A stretch of 32,000 nucleotides of DNA from Pseudomonas aeruginosa (GCF_001457615.1 NZ_LN831024.1:5370001-5402000); one strand, 5' to 3'. Numbered from the stretch's first letter, positions 1-18,189 are shown. Notes: a model not told the origin generated them from the sequence alone. A program made the numbers and translations.

Positions 1-222
1 GGTGTACTCGCCGCTGATCGGGTCTTCGACGTCGAGAATACCGCTGACCTGCCGACTGACGGCTTCACAGTCATCGATGAGGATGCCTTCGGGGCGGTCG
101 ATATAGACGCGCAACACCGAATGACGACCCTGGGAAATGAACTCGACGCCCCAGCACTCATAGCCGAGCGCCTCGACCACAGGGGCCAGCAAGGCCTGCA
201 ACTGTTCTAGCTTGCTCGACAC
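1..222 (-). CDS. rimP: Ribosome maturation factor RimP (N-terminal part, truncated by window edge), GTG start
   Basis: Reverse strand from 222 reads GTG-TCG-AGC-AAG-CTA-GAA-CAG-TTG-CAG... ([27 protein letters not shown]..., [21 protein letters not shown]), typical RimP; upstream of tRNA-fMet as in Pseudomonas. Confidence 0.9.
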   Translation of the reverse strand, partial: MSSKLEQLQALLAPVVEALGYECWGVEFISQGRHSVLRVYIDRPEGILIDDCEAVSRQVSGILDVEDPISGEYT

Positions 223-317
223 CTGATCGCCTCGCGTATGTCGTAGAAACAAAAAATGGGCGAAACGCCCATCCCTAAATTGCCACTCGGAACCGTGGCA
301 TGGACTGTCCAGCTAAC

Positions 318-338
318 AAAAAGCCCCTAAAAAGGGGC
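318..338 (-). terminator. Rho-independent terminator downstream of tRNA-fMet
   Basis: Minus strand GCCCC-TTTTTA-GGGGC followed by TTTTT. Confidence 0.75.
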
Positions 339-348
339 CCTGAAAAAC

Positions 349-425
<77 letters not shown>

Positions 426-485
426 TCAAAGCTGGTGCAAGATTATACGACCGACACCCTGATGGGTCAACCGAACCTTGCAGAG

Positions 486-506
486 ACAAACCCCGCAGGA
501 CGGGGC
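486..506 (-). terminator. Weak GC hairpin between tRNA-Leu and tRNA-fMet (terminator or processing element)
   Basis: CCCCG(491-495)/CGGGG(501-505) with a short T run on the minus strand. Confidence 0.35.
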
Positions 507-515
507 TTGCTTATA

Positions 516-601
516 TGGTACCGAGGAGGGGACTCGAACCCCTACAGCCTATGGCCACTACCACCTCAAGGTAGCGTGTCTACCAATTCCACCACCTCGG
601 C
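516..601 (-). tRNA. tRNA-Leu (GAG), 86 nt including CCA
   Basis: Reverse complement GCCGAGGTGGTGGAATTGGTAGACACGCTACCTTGAGGTGGTAGTGGCCATAGGCTGTAGGGGTTCGAGTCCCCTCCTCGGTACCA; long variable arm, anticodon GAG. Confidence 0.97.
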
Positions 602-614
602 AGAAACCTTTCTC

Positions 615-1004
615 TTACTTCTGTTCAGGAGCCGCCGGTACATCGCCTGCACTTTCCGCAGGCTTGGACTGCTCCTGAAGAACCGGCACATCGTCAGCGG
701 CCGGTGCTTTCTCTTGCTTCTGCTCCAGAACTGCCGGATCCGGCAGCCCGATGTGTTGCAGAGCATCAGACTTTTCTTTAGCGAAGTACGCTAAGCCAAG
801 GCTGGTCAAGAAAAAAACCGCTGCCAGTATACCAGTAATCCGACTCAAAAAGGTAGCGGAACCTTGGCTTCCGAAAACAGTTGCCGAAGCACCTGCACCG
901 AAAGAAGCCCCTGCATCCGCACCCTTGCCATGCTGAACGAGGATCAGGCCAACAAGACCCAATGCCATCAGCAGGTGCACGACAATTACGACCTTTTCCA
1001 GCAT
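615..1004 (-). CDS. secG: Protein-export membrane protein SecG
   Basis: 129 aa [38 protein letters not shown]... is the SecG signature; adjacent to tpiA. Confidence 0.95.
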   Translation of the reverse strand: MLEKVVIVVHLLMALGLVGLILVQHGKGADAGASFGAGASATVFGSQGSATFLSRITGILAAVFFLTSLGLAYFAKEKSDALQHIGLPDPAVLEQKQEKAPAADDVPVLQEQSKPAESAGDVPAAPEQK

Positions 1005-1006
1005 CT

Positions 1007-1762
1007 TCAGCTTCCCGCGGCACGACAGATCGCGCCGAACTCATCCGCATTGAGGGAGGCTCCACCTACCAGCCCCCCATCGATATCCGGCATGCCGAAC
1101 AACTCGGCTGCACTTGCCGCCTTTACACTGCCGCCGTAAAGGAGTCGCACACCTTTTGCGACCTCGGCATTTTCCGCTGCCAGTTGCGCGCGGATCGCCG
1201 CGTGCACTTCCTGGGCTTGCGCGGGGGACGCGGTCAACCCGGTCCCGATCGCCCAGACCGGCTCGTAAGCCACGACTGCGCGAGCAAAAGCTCCAACACC
1301 CAACTCGTCGATCACGCTTCCCAGCTGCCTTGCGACAACCTCCAGCGTCTTGCCCGCCTCGCGCTCCGCCCGGGTCTCCCCGACACACAGCACCGGCACC
1401 AGGCCGCACGACTGAGCCGCGGCAAACTTGCGACTCACAACCTCGTCACTCTCGCCGAGAATCAGGCGACGCTCCGAGTGGCCCACGAGGACCATGCTAC
1501 AACCGACATCCGCCAACTGACTGGGAGCAGTCTCACCGGTCAGCGCGCCTTGCATCGGCTCGACGGCGCTGTTCTGCGCACCTACATCGATCGCCTTGCC
1601 GGCCAGGCCCTGGATGACCTGACTGATGAACAAGCAAGGTGGCATCACAGCTACATCGACTCCGCTCGGCAACGCCAGCTGACGCAAGCCTTTGATCAAC
1701 TCGGCCACACTGGAATGCGTACCGTGCATTTTCCAGTTACCGGCCACCAAGGGTCGACGCAT
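1007..1762 (-). CDS. tpiA: Triosephosphate isomerase
   Basis: 251 aa with [32 protein letters not shown] and VKLLYGGSV-type motifs. Confidence 0.97.
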   Translation of the reverse strand: MRRPLVAGNWKMHGTHSSVAELIKGLRQLALPSGVDVAVMPPCLFISQVIQGLAGKAIDVGAQNSAVEPMQGALTGETAPSQLADVGCSMVLVGHSERRLILGESDEVVSRKFAAAQSCGLVPVLCVGETRAEREAGKTLEVVARQLGSVIDELGVGAFARAVVAYEPVWAIGTGLTASPAQAQEVHAAIRAQLAAENAEVAKGVRLLYGGSVKAASAAELFGMPDIDGGLVGGASLNADEFGAICRAAGS

Positions 1763-1827
1763 GCTGTACCTCGCGGGGCAAAGTGGGCGCAGATGTTACT
1801 CAACAGTTTCCAGACTGGCAAGCAAAA

Positions 1828-3165
1828 TCAAGCACATACCTCAGAAACAATTTTTGCCAGCTGTTCGGCGTGGGCACGAACGCTAGCTTCCTCGTCGCCC
1901 TCGACCATCACCCGGACCAACGGCTCTGTGCCGGATTTGCGCAGCAGGACACGGCCGCGCCCGCCCATTTGCTCGGTGACGCGGACGCTGGCCTCCTTCA
2001 CCGACGGGTGCTCGAGCGGATCGCTTTCGCCCTTGAAGCGCACATTGATCAGCACCTGGGGGCACTTGCGAATCCCCTGGCGCGCCTCGGCCAGGGTCTG
2101 GCCGCGATGCTTGAGCGCCATCAGCACCTGTAGCGCCGCGATGATGGCATCGCCCGTCGTGGTGTTCTGGCAGCAGACGATATGTCCCGAATTCTCCCCT
2201 CCCAGCATCCAGTTCCGAGCCAGCAGTTCGGCCATCACATAGCGATCGCCGACCTTCGCCCGCACGAACGGGATATGCAGCTCCTGCAAAGCCAGCTCCA
2301 GGCCGAGGTTGCTCATCAGGGTGCCGACCACACCGCCTTGCAGGCGCCCGCTTTCCTGCAGGTCGCGCGCGATGAGGAAAAGCAGTTCGTCGCCATCCAC
2401 GACCGCACCGGTATGGTCGACCATCATCACCCGGTCGCCGTCGCCGTCGAAGGCGATGCCGAGGTCGGCATGGTGCTCGACCACCGCAGCCTGCAGGCCA
2501 TCCAGGTGAGTGGAACCGCACTTGTCGTTGATGTTCAGGCCATTCGGGCTGGCCGCCAGCACCGTCACTTCCGCGCCCAGTTCCCGGAAGACGCTGGGAG
2601 CGATCTTGTAGGTAGCGCCGTTGGCGCAGTCGAGCACGACCTTGAGACCGTTGAAGTCGGTGCTGGTCGGCACGCTGCTCTTACAGAATTCGATGTAGCG
2701 CCCCGCCGCGTCATTGATCCGCGAAACCTTGCCGAGACGGGCGGACTCCACCACGGTCATCGGCGCATCGAGCAGTTCCTCGATCATCAGCTCGACGTCA
2801 TCCGGCAGCTTGGTCCCCTGCCCGGAGAAGAACTTGATGCCGTTGTCGTCGTGGGGATTGTGCGAAGCGCTGATCACCACCCCGGCCTCGGCGTGGAAAG
2901 TCCGCGTCAGGTAGGCGATGCCGGGGGTAGGCATCGGTCCCAGCAACAGGGTATCGGCGCCGGAAGCGGAGAGCCCCGCCTCGAAGGCCGACTCGAACAT
3001 GTAACCCGAGCTGCGCGTGTCCTTGCCGATCAGGACCCGGCAGTTGCCCTGCCGGCGGAAGGCCATGCCCACCGCCCAGCCCAGCTTGAGAACGAAGTCC
3101 GGAGTAATCGGAAACTCGCCAACACGACCACGGATACCGTCAGTCCCGAAGTATTTTCTGCTCAT
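1828..3165 (-). CDS. glmM: Phosphoglucosamine mutase
   Basis: [24 protein letters not shown]... with the [19 protein letters not shown] active-site motif. Start placed at internal ATG 3165 instead of the longer ORF-track start. Confidence 0.97.
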   Translation of the reverse strand: MSRKYFGTDGIRGRVGEFPITPDFVLKLGWAVGMAFRRQGNCRVLIGKDTRSSGYMFESAFEAGLSASGADTLLLGPMPTPGIAYLTRTFHAEAGVVISASHNPHDDNGIKFFSGQGTKLPDDVELMIEELLDAPMTVVESARLGKVSRINDAAGRYIEFCKSSVPTSTDFNGLKVVLDCANGATYKIAPSVFRELGAEVTVLAASPNGLNINDKCGSTHLDGLQAAVVEHHADLGIAFDGDGDRVMMVDHTGAVVDGDELLFLIARDLQESGRLQGGVVGTLMSNLGLELALQELHIPFVRAKVGDRYVMAELLARNWMLGGENSGHIVCCQNTTTGDAIIAALQVLMALKHRGQTLAEARQGIRKCPQVLINVRFKGESDPLEHPSVKEASVRVTEQMGGRGRVLLRKSGTEPLVRVMVEGDEEASVRAHAEQLAKIVSEVCA

Positions 3166-3181
3166 CTTTTGTCTTCCGTGC

Positions 3182-4033
3182 TCAATCCGCCATTTCAACG
3201 GCGGAGATCATTCGCATCACGTCGACGGTCGCCGCCACGTCATGCACTCGAATTATCCGTGCGCCCTTGGCCAGCGCCAGGGCCGCCAGAGCTAGGCTGC
3301 CGTAGAGGCGTTCGTCCACCTCCCGCCCCAGTACCTTGCCGATCATGCTCTTGCGCGAAACGCCGACCAACAACGGCAAGCCCAGGCCATGGAGTGCCTG
3401 CAGATGCCTGAACAGCACCAGGTTGTGCTCCAGTGTCTTGGCGAAACCGAAACCCGGATCCAGCAACAGCCGCTCGCGGTCGATTCCGGCCGCCACGCAG
3501 GCATTCACACGCTCCTGCAGGAACGCGCCGACTTCCGCCACCACATCCTGGTAGGCAGGCGCATCCTGCATGGTCTGCGGTTCTCCACGCATGTGCATGA
3601 GGCAGACCGCCAGGCCGCTATCCACCGCAGCATCCAGCGCACCGTCGCGCTGCAGCGAACGGACGTCGTTGATCAGACCCGCTCCGAGACGCGCAGTTTC
3701 GCGCATGACCGCGGGCGTGGAGGTATCCACCGAAATCACGACGTCCAGCTCGCGAGCGATGCGTTCGACTACCGGAGCGACCCGCTCCAGCTCCTCCGTC
3801 GGAGAAACGCTGCGCGCACCGGGACGGGTCGACTCGCCGCCGACGTCGATGAGCGTTGCGCCTTCCCGCACCATGCGCTCGGCATGCCGCAGGGCATCGT
3901 CCAGCCGGTCGTAACGGCCGCCATCGGAAAAGGAATCGGGGGTGACATTGAGGATGCCCATGACATGTGGGCGGGCCAAATCAAGAACCCGACTGCCGCA
4001 AGGCAGTCGGGTCGGGTATTGCGGATTGCTCAT
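3182..4033 (-). CDS. folP: Dihydropteroate synthase
   Basis: [29 protein letters not shown] and GVSRKSMIG motifs; downstream of ftsH, upstream of glmM. Confidence 0.96.
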   Translation of the reverse strand: MSNPQYPTRLPCGSRVLDLARPHVMGILNVTPDSFSDGGRYDRLDDALRHAERMVREGATLIDVGGESTRPGARSVSPTEELERVAPVVERIARELDVVISVDTSTPAVMRETARLGAGLINDVRSLQRDGALDAAVDSGLAVCLMHMRGEPQTMQDAPAYQDVVAEVGAFLQERVNACVAAGIDRERLLLDPGFGFAKTLEHNLVLFRHLQALHGLGLPLLVGVSRKSMIGKVLGREVDERLYGSLALAALALAKGARIIRVHDVAATVDVMRMISAVEMAD

Positions 4034-4042
4034 TCAGGGCTC

Positions 4043-5962
<1,920 letters not shown>

Positions 5963-6160
5963 GTCGTTCAATTGACTACCCTCTGAAGCCGGCTCCGTCC
6001 TGGAAACCGCTTCACACGACGGCCAGACTCCTTCCGGCCAAAAGTACTACACAAGCGCCCGCGCACGCAGGCGTTGTCTGTAACCCTTTATGAACCCTCG
6101 CCCGTCCCGGCACAACAGGTCATCGACCAATAGACAGGCTATAGGGTCAATCATTCCAGT

Positions 6161-6784
6161 CTATTCCCCGCGAAAGCCGCGTGCGAGCAGATACTGTTCC
6201 CGCGAACGATCACGCGACGACAGGGGCTTGCGCATCTGTACCTTGTCGAACATTTCCCGGGCCTGCTTGTGGTACTGGTCGAAACCTTCGCCCTGGAAGA
6301 TCTTGATCAGGAAATCGCCGCCCGGCCGCAGCACACGGCCGGCCAGGTCCAGCGCCAGTTCGCAGAGATACATGGCGCGCGGCTGGTCGGCGGCCCGCAC
6401 TCCACTCATATTGGGGGCCATATCGGAAATCACAAGGTCTACCGGATGGTCGCCGATCGCCTCGAGGATCCGCGCGAACACCGCGTCCTCGGTGAAGTCG
6501 CCCTGGATGAAGGTGACGTCGGGGATGCTGTCCATCTCGAGGATGTCCGAAGCGATCAGCCGGCCGCGGTCGCCGATCACCCGGCTGGTGACCTGCGACC
6601 ACCCGCCCGGCGCGGCGCCCAGGTCGACCACGGTCATGCCCGGACGCAGGATGCGGTCCTTCTCCTGGATCTCCAGCAGCTTGTAGCTGGCGCGCGAGCG
6701 ATAGCCATCGCGCTGGGCCATCTTCACGTAGGGATCGTCGAAATGTTCTTTCAGCCAACGCTGGCTGGTTTTGGAGCGGGCCAC
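6161..6784 (-). CDS. rlmE: 23S rRNA (uridine-2'-O)-methyltransferase RlmE (FtsJ/RrmJ)
   Basis: [36 protein letters not shown]...[14 protein letters not shown]; GTG start at 6784 gives the standard N-terminus. Divergent from yhbY, upstream of ftsH. Confidence 0.92.
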
Positions 6785-6878
6785 GGAATACCTCTTCGGG
6801 CACCCCCGGTCGGCGGGGGCAGCATCACTTGGACTAAAACTGGGGTAAAATAGACGACTTTTTCCCAGGGGTCTGATT

Positions 6879-7193
6879 ATGGCGCTCACTCAAGAGCAGA
6901 AGAAACAGTTCAAATCTATCGGTCACCACCTGAAACCGGTATTGATCGTAGCCGAGAACGGCTTGACCGAAGGCGTTCTCGCCGAACTCGAGCGCGCACT
7001 CAACGATCACGAACTGATCAAGGTGAAACTGGCGCTGGCCGAGCGCGACGATCGCCGCGCCCTGCTCGACGAACTCTGCGCGCAGTCGCGCAGCGACCTG
7101 GTGCAAAGCATCGGCAAGATGGCGCTGGTCTATCGGAAGAACCCGAAGCCGAACAAGAATCTCTCGAACATCAGCCGTTTCGCCGGCATCTGA
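6879..7193 (+). CDS. yhbY: YhbY-family (CRM domain) RNA-binding protein
   Basis: 104 aa [51 protein letters not shown]; divergent from rlmE as in many gammaproteobacteria. Confidence 0.93.
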   Translation: MALTQEQKKQFKSIGHHLKPVLIVAENGLTEGVLAELERALNDHELIKVKLALAERDDRRALLDELCAQSRSDLVQSIGKMALVYRKNPKPNKNLSNISRFAGI

Positions 7194-7203
7194 TGCCCCA
7201 TCC

Positions 7204-7234
7204 AACCAAGGTCGGGAAACTTCCCGACCTGGTT
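7204..7234. terminator. Bidirectional stem-loop between convergent yhbY and the DUF4149-like gene
   Basis: AACCaAGGTCGGGAA-ac-TTCCCGACCTGGTT, 14 bp stem with one bulge; no strong U tract. Confidence 0.55.
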
Positions 7235-7641
7235 CAGACGCCTTCCTCGTCCCGCCCCGGTACCGGCTGCAACACCAGCAGCAGGCCACACATCGCCACC
7301 GCCAGGTAGTTGAACAGCAGCCAGCGCACCGCCTCGGGCGCCAGCCCACGCACCAGGAAATACACCAGGCAGAGCAGCGCGACGGCGAGCAACAACTGAC
7401 CGCGAAGGTCTCGCCAGAGGCTCCTCGGCCCGTGGCTCGACACCAACACCAGCGCCTGCAGCACCGCACAGAATCCGGCGAAGCCGATCAGCAGCGGCGT
7501 CAACGCCGCGGCTACGGTTTCCACCAGCAACGGCGCCAGTCCGGTCTTGGCCAACGCAGGCAGGACCACGAACTGCAGCAACCAGAGGCCGCCGACCCAG
7601 AACGTCTGGGCCAGCAGCCAACTGATCGCGCCTGCGCGCAA
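7234..7641 (-). CDS. Small predicted integral membrane protein (DUF4149-like), TTG start
   Basis: 135 aa hydrophobic protein AISWLLAQTFWVGGLWLLQFVVLPALAKTGL... WLLFNYLAVAMCGLLLVLQ; immediately downstream of greA. Confidence 0.75.
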   Translation of the reverse strand: MRAGAISWLLAQTFWVGGLWLLQFVVLPALAKTGLAPLLVETVAAALTPLLIGFAGFCAVLQALVLVSSHGPRSLWRDLRGQLLLAVALLCLVYFLVRGLAPEAVRWLLFNYLAVAMCGLLLVLQPVPGRDEEGV

Positions 7642-7651
7642 CGGAGCGCGC

Positions 7652-8124
7652 TTAGATATGGCGAACCTCGACGATCTCGTACTCGACGTCGCCGCCCGGG
7701 GTTCTCACCAGCACGGCATCGCCCTCGGTCTTGCCGATCAGCGCACGGGCGATCGGCGAATTCACCGAGATCTTGCCACCCTTGATATCCGCCTCGTCGT
7801 CGCCGACGATCTGGTAGGTCACGGTCTCGTCGGTCTCGACGTTGGCGATATCGACGGTGGTGCCGAAGATCACCTTGCCGCTGTGCGGGATGGCGGTGAC
7901 ATCGATGACCTGGGCGTTGGACAGCTTGGCCTCGATGTCGCGGATACGCGCCTCGACCATGCCCTGCTGTTCGCGCGCCGCATGGTACTCGGCGTTTTCC
8001 TTGAGGTCGCCCAGTTCACGCGCTTCGGCGATGGCCTGGCTGATCTGCGGGCGCAGCACGCCCTTCAGGTGTTTCACTTCTTCTTCCAGGGCGCGGGCGC
8101 CCTGGACGGTCATGGGGAACTTGC

Positions 8125-8128
<4 letters not shown>
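7652..8128 (-). CDS. greA: Transcription elongation factor GreA
   Basis: 158 aa [55 protein letters not shown]. Confidence 0.97.
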
Positions 8129-11346
<3,218 letters not shown>

Positions 11347-11365
11347 GGGACTCTCGTTGCAATAA

Positions 11366-12016
11366 TCAGGACAGGGTTGCGGTGGCCAGCTTCACACCAA
11401 AGCCGACGAACAGGGCGCCGACGCCCGAAGTGGCGCCGGCAGCCAACCGTTGCCGCCGGCGGAACCAGGCCGCCAGCCGCACACCGGTGAAAATCAGGAA
11501 GCTCAGGTAAAGGGCGCTGACCAGTTCCAGGATCACCGCCAGCACCAGGAACGACAGGCCCGGATAGGCATAGCCGGGATCGACGAACTGGATGAAGAAG
11601 GAGATGAAGAACAGGATCGCCTTGGGATTCGACAGGCTGAGCAGCAGCGCCTTGCGGAACGGCTGGTGGACATCCACCTGTTCGGCCTGCGCCGCCGTCG
11701 CCTCGGGATTGCGCAGCTTGCGCCAGGCGCCCCGCAGCATGCCGACGCCGAGATAGAACAGGTAGGCCGCACCGAGGTACTTCAGGCCGATGAACAGCAT
11801 CGGCTCGGCCTTCAGCAGGGACGCCACGCCGAGGGCCGACAGCAGCATCAGCACCGCGTCTCCGAGGAACACGCCGCAGGCGGCCCGGTAGCCGGTCGCC
11901 ACGCCACGCTGGGCCGAAGTCGCGAGGACGAACAACGAGTTCGGTCCGGGCAACAGGATCACGAAAACCACACCCAGCACGTAGGTCCAGAAATCGGTTA
12001 TCCCCAGGGTCGGCAT
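11366..12016 (-). CDS. LysE/RhtB-family amino acid exporter, intervening ORF between carA and carB
   Basis: 216 aa, 6-TM-like [58 protein letters not shown]; LPGPN(S/F) motif of the LysE family. Confidence 0.9.
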   Translation of the reverse strand: MPTLGITDFWTYVLGVVFVILLPGPNSLFVLATSAQRGVATGYRAACGVFLGDAVLMLLSALGVASLLKAEPMLFIGLKYLGAAYLFYLGVGMLRGAWRKLRNPEATAAQAEQVDVHQPFRKALLLSLSNPKAILFFISFFIQFVDPGYAYPGLSFLVLAVILELVSALYLSFLIFTGVRLAAWFRRRQRLAAGATSGVGALFVGFGVKLATATLS

Positions 12017-12027
12017 GGCTCTGCTCC

Positions 12028-13164
12028 TCAGCGACGCTCGGCCATCGCCGAGATGAAGCGGTCGAACAGCGGGGCGACGTCATGCGGACCGGGGCTCGCC
12101 TCGGGGTGGCCCTGGAAGCTGAAAGCGACCTTGTCGGTGCGCTCGATACCCTGCAGGGTACCGTCGAACAGCGACTTGTGAGTGGCTCGCAGGTTGTCCG
12201 GCAGGGTGCTCTCGTCGACCGCGAAACCGTGGTTCTGGCTGGTGATCATCACCACGCCGCTGTCCAGGTCCTGCACCGGGTGGTTGGCGCCGTGGTGCCC
12301 GTGGCCCATCTTCAGGGTCTTGGCGCCAGAGGCCAGGGCCAGCAACTGATGGCCGAGGCAGATGCCGAACACCGGGATCTCGGTATCGAGGAATTCGCGG
12401 ATCGCCTGGATCGCGTAGTCGCACGGTTCGGGGTCGCCGGGGCCGTTGGAAAGGAAGATGCCGTCAGGGTTCAGCGCCAGCACTTCGCTGGCCGGTGTCT
12501 GCGCCGGCACCACGGTCAGGCGGCAGCCGCGCGCCACCAGCATGCGTAGGATGTTCAGCTTCACGCCGTAGTCGTAGGCCACCACGTGATACGGCAGTTC
12601 ACCGGCCGGGATCTCCGGATGACTGTCGCTTTCCAGGTTCCAGACGCTGGAGCGCCACTCGTAGCGCTCGGCGGTGGTGACCTCCTTGGCCAGGTCCATG
12701 CCCTTCAGGCCGGGGAAGGCGCGAGCCAGCTCCAGCGCGCGTTCCTCGGTAGCGTCGGCACCGGCCAGGATGCAGCCGTTCTGCGAACCCTTCTCGCGGA
12801 GGATGCGGGTCAGGCGACGGGTATCGATGCCGGCGATGGCGACGGTGCCGTTGGCTTTCAGGTAGTCAGGCAGCGACTGCTTGCTGCGCCAGTTGCTGGC
12901 GATCAGCGGCAGGTCGCGGATGATCAGGCCGGCGGCCCAGACGCGGTTGGCCTCGGCGTCTTCCGGGGTGGTACCGGTATTGCCGATGTGCGGGTAGGTC
13001 AGGGTGACGATCTGCTGGGCGTAGGAAGGATCGGTAAGGATTTCCTGGTAGCCGGTCATGGCGGTGTTGAACACCACCTCGCCAACGGTCTGGCCGTCGG
13101 CACCGATGGCTTCACCGCGAAAAATGCTGCCGTCGGCAAGTGCAAGTATGGCTGGCTTAGTCAA
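12028..13164 (-). CDS. carA: Carbamoyl-phosphate synthase small subunit, TTG start
   Basis: 378 aa (L/M)[47 protein letters not shown]...[14 protein letters not shown] (Cys-His amidotransferase). Stop TCA on plus at 12028-12030, TTG at 13164 preceded by GGGAGG. The supplied ORF track labels this ORF '+', but the sequence encodes it on '-'. Confidence 0.97.
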   Translation of the reverse strand: MTKPAILALADGSIFRGEAIGADGQTVGEVVFNTAMTGYQEILTDPSYAQQIVTLTYPHIGNTGTTPEDAEANRVWAAGLIIRDLPLIASNWRSKQSLPDYLKANGTVAIAGIDTRRLTRILREKGSQNGCILAGADATEERALELARAFPGLKGMDLAKEVTTAERYEWRSSVWNLESDSHPEIPAGELPYHVVAYDYGVKLNILRMLVARGCRLTVVPAQTPASEVLALNPDGIFLSNGPGDPEPCDYAIQAIREFLDTEIPVFGICLGHQLLALASGAKTLKMGHGHHGANHPVQDLDSGVVMITSQNHGFAVDESTLPDNLRATHKSLFDGTLQGIERTDKVAFSFQGHPEASPGPHDVAPLFDRFISAMAERR

Positions 13165-13206
13165 GAAGACCTCCCGTAAATCAAGCCTGACTGGTCGCGC
13201 AGGTGT

Positions 13207-13248
13207 AAAAAAGCGGGATGACACCGTGAAGAGTCATCCCGCTTTTTT
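13207..13248. terminator. Strong terminator-like hairpin in the dapB-carA intergenic region (dapB terminator and/or carA attenuator)
   Basis: AAAAAAGCGGGATGAC (13207-13222) / GTCATCCCGCTTTTTT (13233-13248), 16 bp perfect stem, 10-nt loop, T tract on both strands. Confidence 0.85.
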
Positions 13249-13287
13249 TCGATTCATGCTGCGCTGCTTTTAGTGGACACACTAAAG

Positions 13288-13308
13288 CTGTAGTTTACAG
13301 AATCGCGA
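13288..13308 (-). promoter_or_regulatory. Candidate ArgR half-site upstream of carA
   Basis: Minus strand TGTCGC-GATTCTGT-AA-ACTAC fits TGTCGC-N8-AA-N5 exactly; the adjacent second half-site is poor. Confidence 0.5.
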
Positions 13309-13346
13309 CATTCCGGTCCACCAATAAGACGACGTGCGGCAGCGCC

Positions 13347-14186
<840 letters not shown>

Positions 14187-14209
14187 TCAGGCCGCGCCCA
14201 TGGCTTTGT

Positions 14210-15343
14210 TTATAGGTCGTCGAAGAAACGCTTCATGCCTTCGAACCAGCCACTGGCCTTGGGCGAATGCGAGGTGTCGCTCTGCAACGACTTGCGGAAC
14301 TCCTCGAGCAGCTCGCGCTGGCGCTTGTCCAGGTTCACCGGGGTTTCCACCACCACCTTGCACATCAGGTCGCCGGCGCCGCCGCCGCGCACCGGGGCCA
14401 CGCCCTTGCCGCGCAGGCGGAACAACTTGCCGGTCTGGGTGCTTTCCGGAATCTTCAGCTTGACCCGGCCATCCAGGGTCGGCACTTCCAGCTCGCCACC
14501 CAACGCAGCGTCGGCGAAACTGATCGGCACTTCGCAGTACAGATGCTTGCCGTCGCGCTGGAAGATCGGGTGCTCGCGCACATTGACCACCACGTACAGG
14601 TCGCCCGCCGGACCACCCATGCTGCCGGCCTCGCCTTCGCCGGTGAGGCGGATGCGGTCGCCGGTGTCGACGCCGGCCGGCACCTTCACCGACAGGGTCT
14701 TCTGCTCTTCCACGCGCCCCTGCCCATGGCAGGAGCCACAGGGATCGGAAATCATCTTGCCGGTGCCGTGGCAGCGCGGGCAGGTCTGCTGGACCGAGAA
14801 GAAGCCCTGCTGCATGCGCACCTGGCCGATACCGCCGCAAGTGGTGCAGGTGACCGGTGTGGTGCCGGGCTTGGCGCCGCTGCCGTTGCAGGTCTTGCAA
14901 CCGACCAGGGTCGGCACGCGGATGGTGACGGTGGTGCCACGTACCGCCTCCTCCAGGTCGAGGTCCAGGGTGTAGCGCAGGTCCGCGCCGCGCTGCGCGC
15001 CGCCGCGCGAGCCACCGCGGGCACCGCCGCCACCGAAGAAATCGCTGAACACATCGCCGAAGATGTCGGAGAAGCTCGCCCCGCCGAAACCGGCGCCAGC
15101 GCCCCCACCCATATTCGGATCGACGCCGGCATGGCCGTACTGGTCGTAGGCCGCCCGCTTGCTGGCATCGGAGAGGACCTCGTAGGCCTCGTTGGCCTCC
15201 TTGAACTTGTCCTCGGCTTCCTTGTCGCCAGGATTGCGGTCCGGGTGGTATTTCATCGCCAGGCGGCGGTAGGCCTTCTTCAGGTCCGCCTCGCTGGCGC
15301 CACGCTCAACCCCCAGAACCTCGTAAAAGTCTCGTTTCGCCAT
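14210..15343 (-). CDS. dnaJ: Chaperone DnaJ
   Basis: 377 aa [40 protein letters not shown]; four CxxCxGxG zinc repeats. Confidence 0.98.
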   Translation of the reverse strand: MAKRDFYEVLGVERGASEADLKKAYRRLAMKYHPDRNPGDKEAEDKFKEANEAYEVLSDASKRAAYDQYGHAGVDPNMGGGAGAGFGGASFSDIFGDVFSDFFGGGGARGGSRGGAQRGADLRYTLDLDLEEAVRGTTVTIRVPTLVGCKTCNGSGAKPGTTPVTCTTCGGIGQVRMQQGFFSVQQTCPRCHGTGKMISDPCGSCHGQGRVEEQKTLSVKVPAGVDTGDRIRLTGEGEAGSMGGPAGDLYVVVNVREHPIFQRDGKHLYCEVPISFADAALGGELEVPTLDGRVKLKIPESTQTGKLFRLRGKGVAPVRGGGAGDLMCKVVVETPVNLDKRQRELLEEFRKSLQSDTSHSPKASGWFEGMKRFFDDL

Positions 15344-15382
15344 AACCTTTCCGTCTCAATTAAGGACCCTCCAGACACGCCA

Positions 15383-15404
15383 ACGCGGGAGCAGGCTCCC
15401 GCGT
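15383..15404. terminator. Stem-loop between dnaK and dnaJ (intercistronic hairpin)
   Basis: ACGCGGGAG-cagg-CTCCCGCGT, 9 bp perfect stem, no T tract. Confidence 0.45.
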
Positions 15405-15458
15405 GGCGGATCATGCGTACCGGCCTGGCCGGCACGCGGGGCAGAAGCAAGCCGGGGC

Positions 15459-17372
<1,914 letters not shown>

Positions 17373-17461
17373 ATTCACTCTCCAGAAACTTTGATTCCGT
17401 GCGACCCGCCCGTGGGTCTCGTGCTCGGTTGACTACCCAGATGGGGTCGTCGCGTCGAATT

Positions 17462-18022
17462 TCAAGCCTGCTCGTCGATGGACGGCGGGGTTTCCGCCGG
17501 CGCCTTGCTGACTACCACCATCGCCGGACGCAGCAGGCGGCCGTTGAGCAGGTAGCCTTTCTGGAACACCTTGAGGACACTGCCCGGCTCGGCCGAAGCG
17601 CTTTCCTGCATGGCCATCGCCTGGTGCTGCTCGGGGTTGAAAGGCTCGCCTTCCGGGTTCAGCGCCTCCACCTGGTAGCGGCGCAGGGTGTCGTCGAACA
17701 TCTTCAGGGTCAGTTCCATCCCTTCGCGCATCGGCTTGATCGCCTCGTCGTTGGGATCGGACATCTCCAGGCCGCGCTCGAGGGTGTCGACCACCGCCAG
17801 CAGGTCGCCGGCGAATTTCTCCAGCGCGAACTTGTGCGCCTTCTCGACATCCTGCTCCGCACGCCGGCGTACGTTCTGCAGATCCGCGACCATGCGCAGC
17901 GCCTGGTCCTGGGCGGCAGCCAGCTGCTCCTCCAGTTCCTGCACGCGGGCGGTCAGGTCCTCGGCGGCGCCGGTGGGCTGCTCGGGGGTCTGTTGATCCA
18001 GGGTCTGCTGTTCGTCAGCCAT
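17462..18022 (-). CDS. grpE: Nucleotide exchange factor GrpE
   Basis: 186 aa [70 protein letters not shown]. Confidence 0.96.
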   Translation of the reverse strand: MADEQQTLDQQTPEQPTGAAEDLTARVQELEEQLAAAQDQALRMVADLQNVRRRAEQDVEKAHKFALEKFAGDLLAVVDTLERGLEMSDPNDEAIKPMREGMELTLKMFDDTLRRYQVEALNPEGEPFNPEQHQAMAMQESASAEPGSVLKVFQKGYLLNGRLLRPAMVVVSKAPAETPPSIDEQA

Positions 18023-18089
18023 GCCACTCTCCTTCAAAAATAAGCTGGCAAATACAAGGCGAACGCATAAGTTCGCAACGTTGCCGGCT

Positions 18090-18117
18090 ATATGGGGACG
18101 GCTTTCCACGGTTCAAG
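18090..18117 (-). promoter_or_regulatory. Sigma-32 (RpoH) heat-shock promoter for grpE-dnaK-dnaJ
   Basis: Minus strand CTTGAA (-35, 18112-18117) - 14 nt - CCCCATAT (-10, 18090-18097). Confidence 0.85.
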
Positions 18118-18149
18118 GGGCGAGCGGCAATTGCCAGCCGGAAAAAATA

Positions 18150-18165
18150 CTGTATAAATAACCAG
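18150..18165. promoter_or_regulatory. LexA (SOS) box upstream of recN
   Basis: CTGTATAAATAACCAG, fits CTG-N10-CAG with AT-rich core; 24 bp ahead of the recN ATG. Confidence 0.85.
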
Positions 18166-18189
18166 ACAAAACCCACGGAGCCGCCCGCC

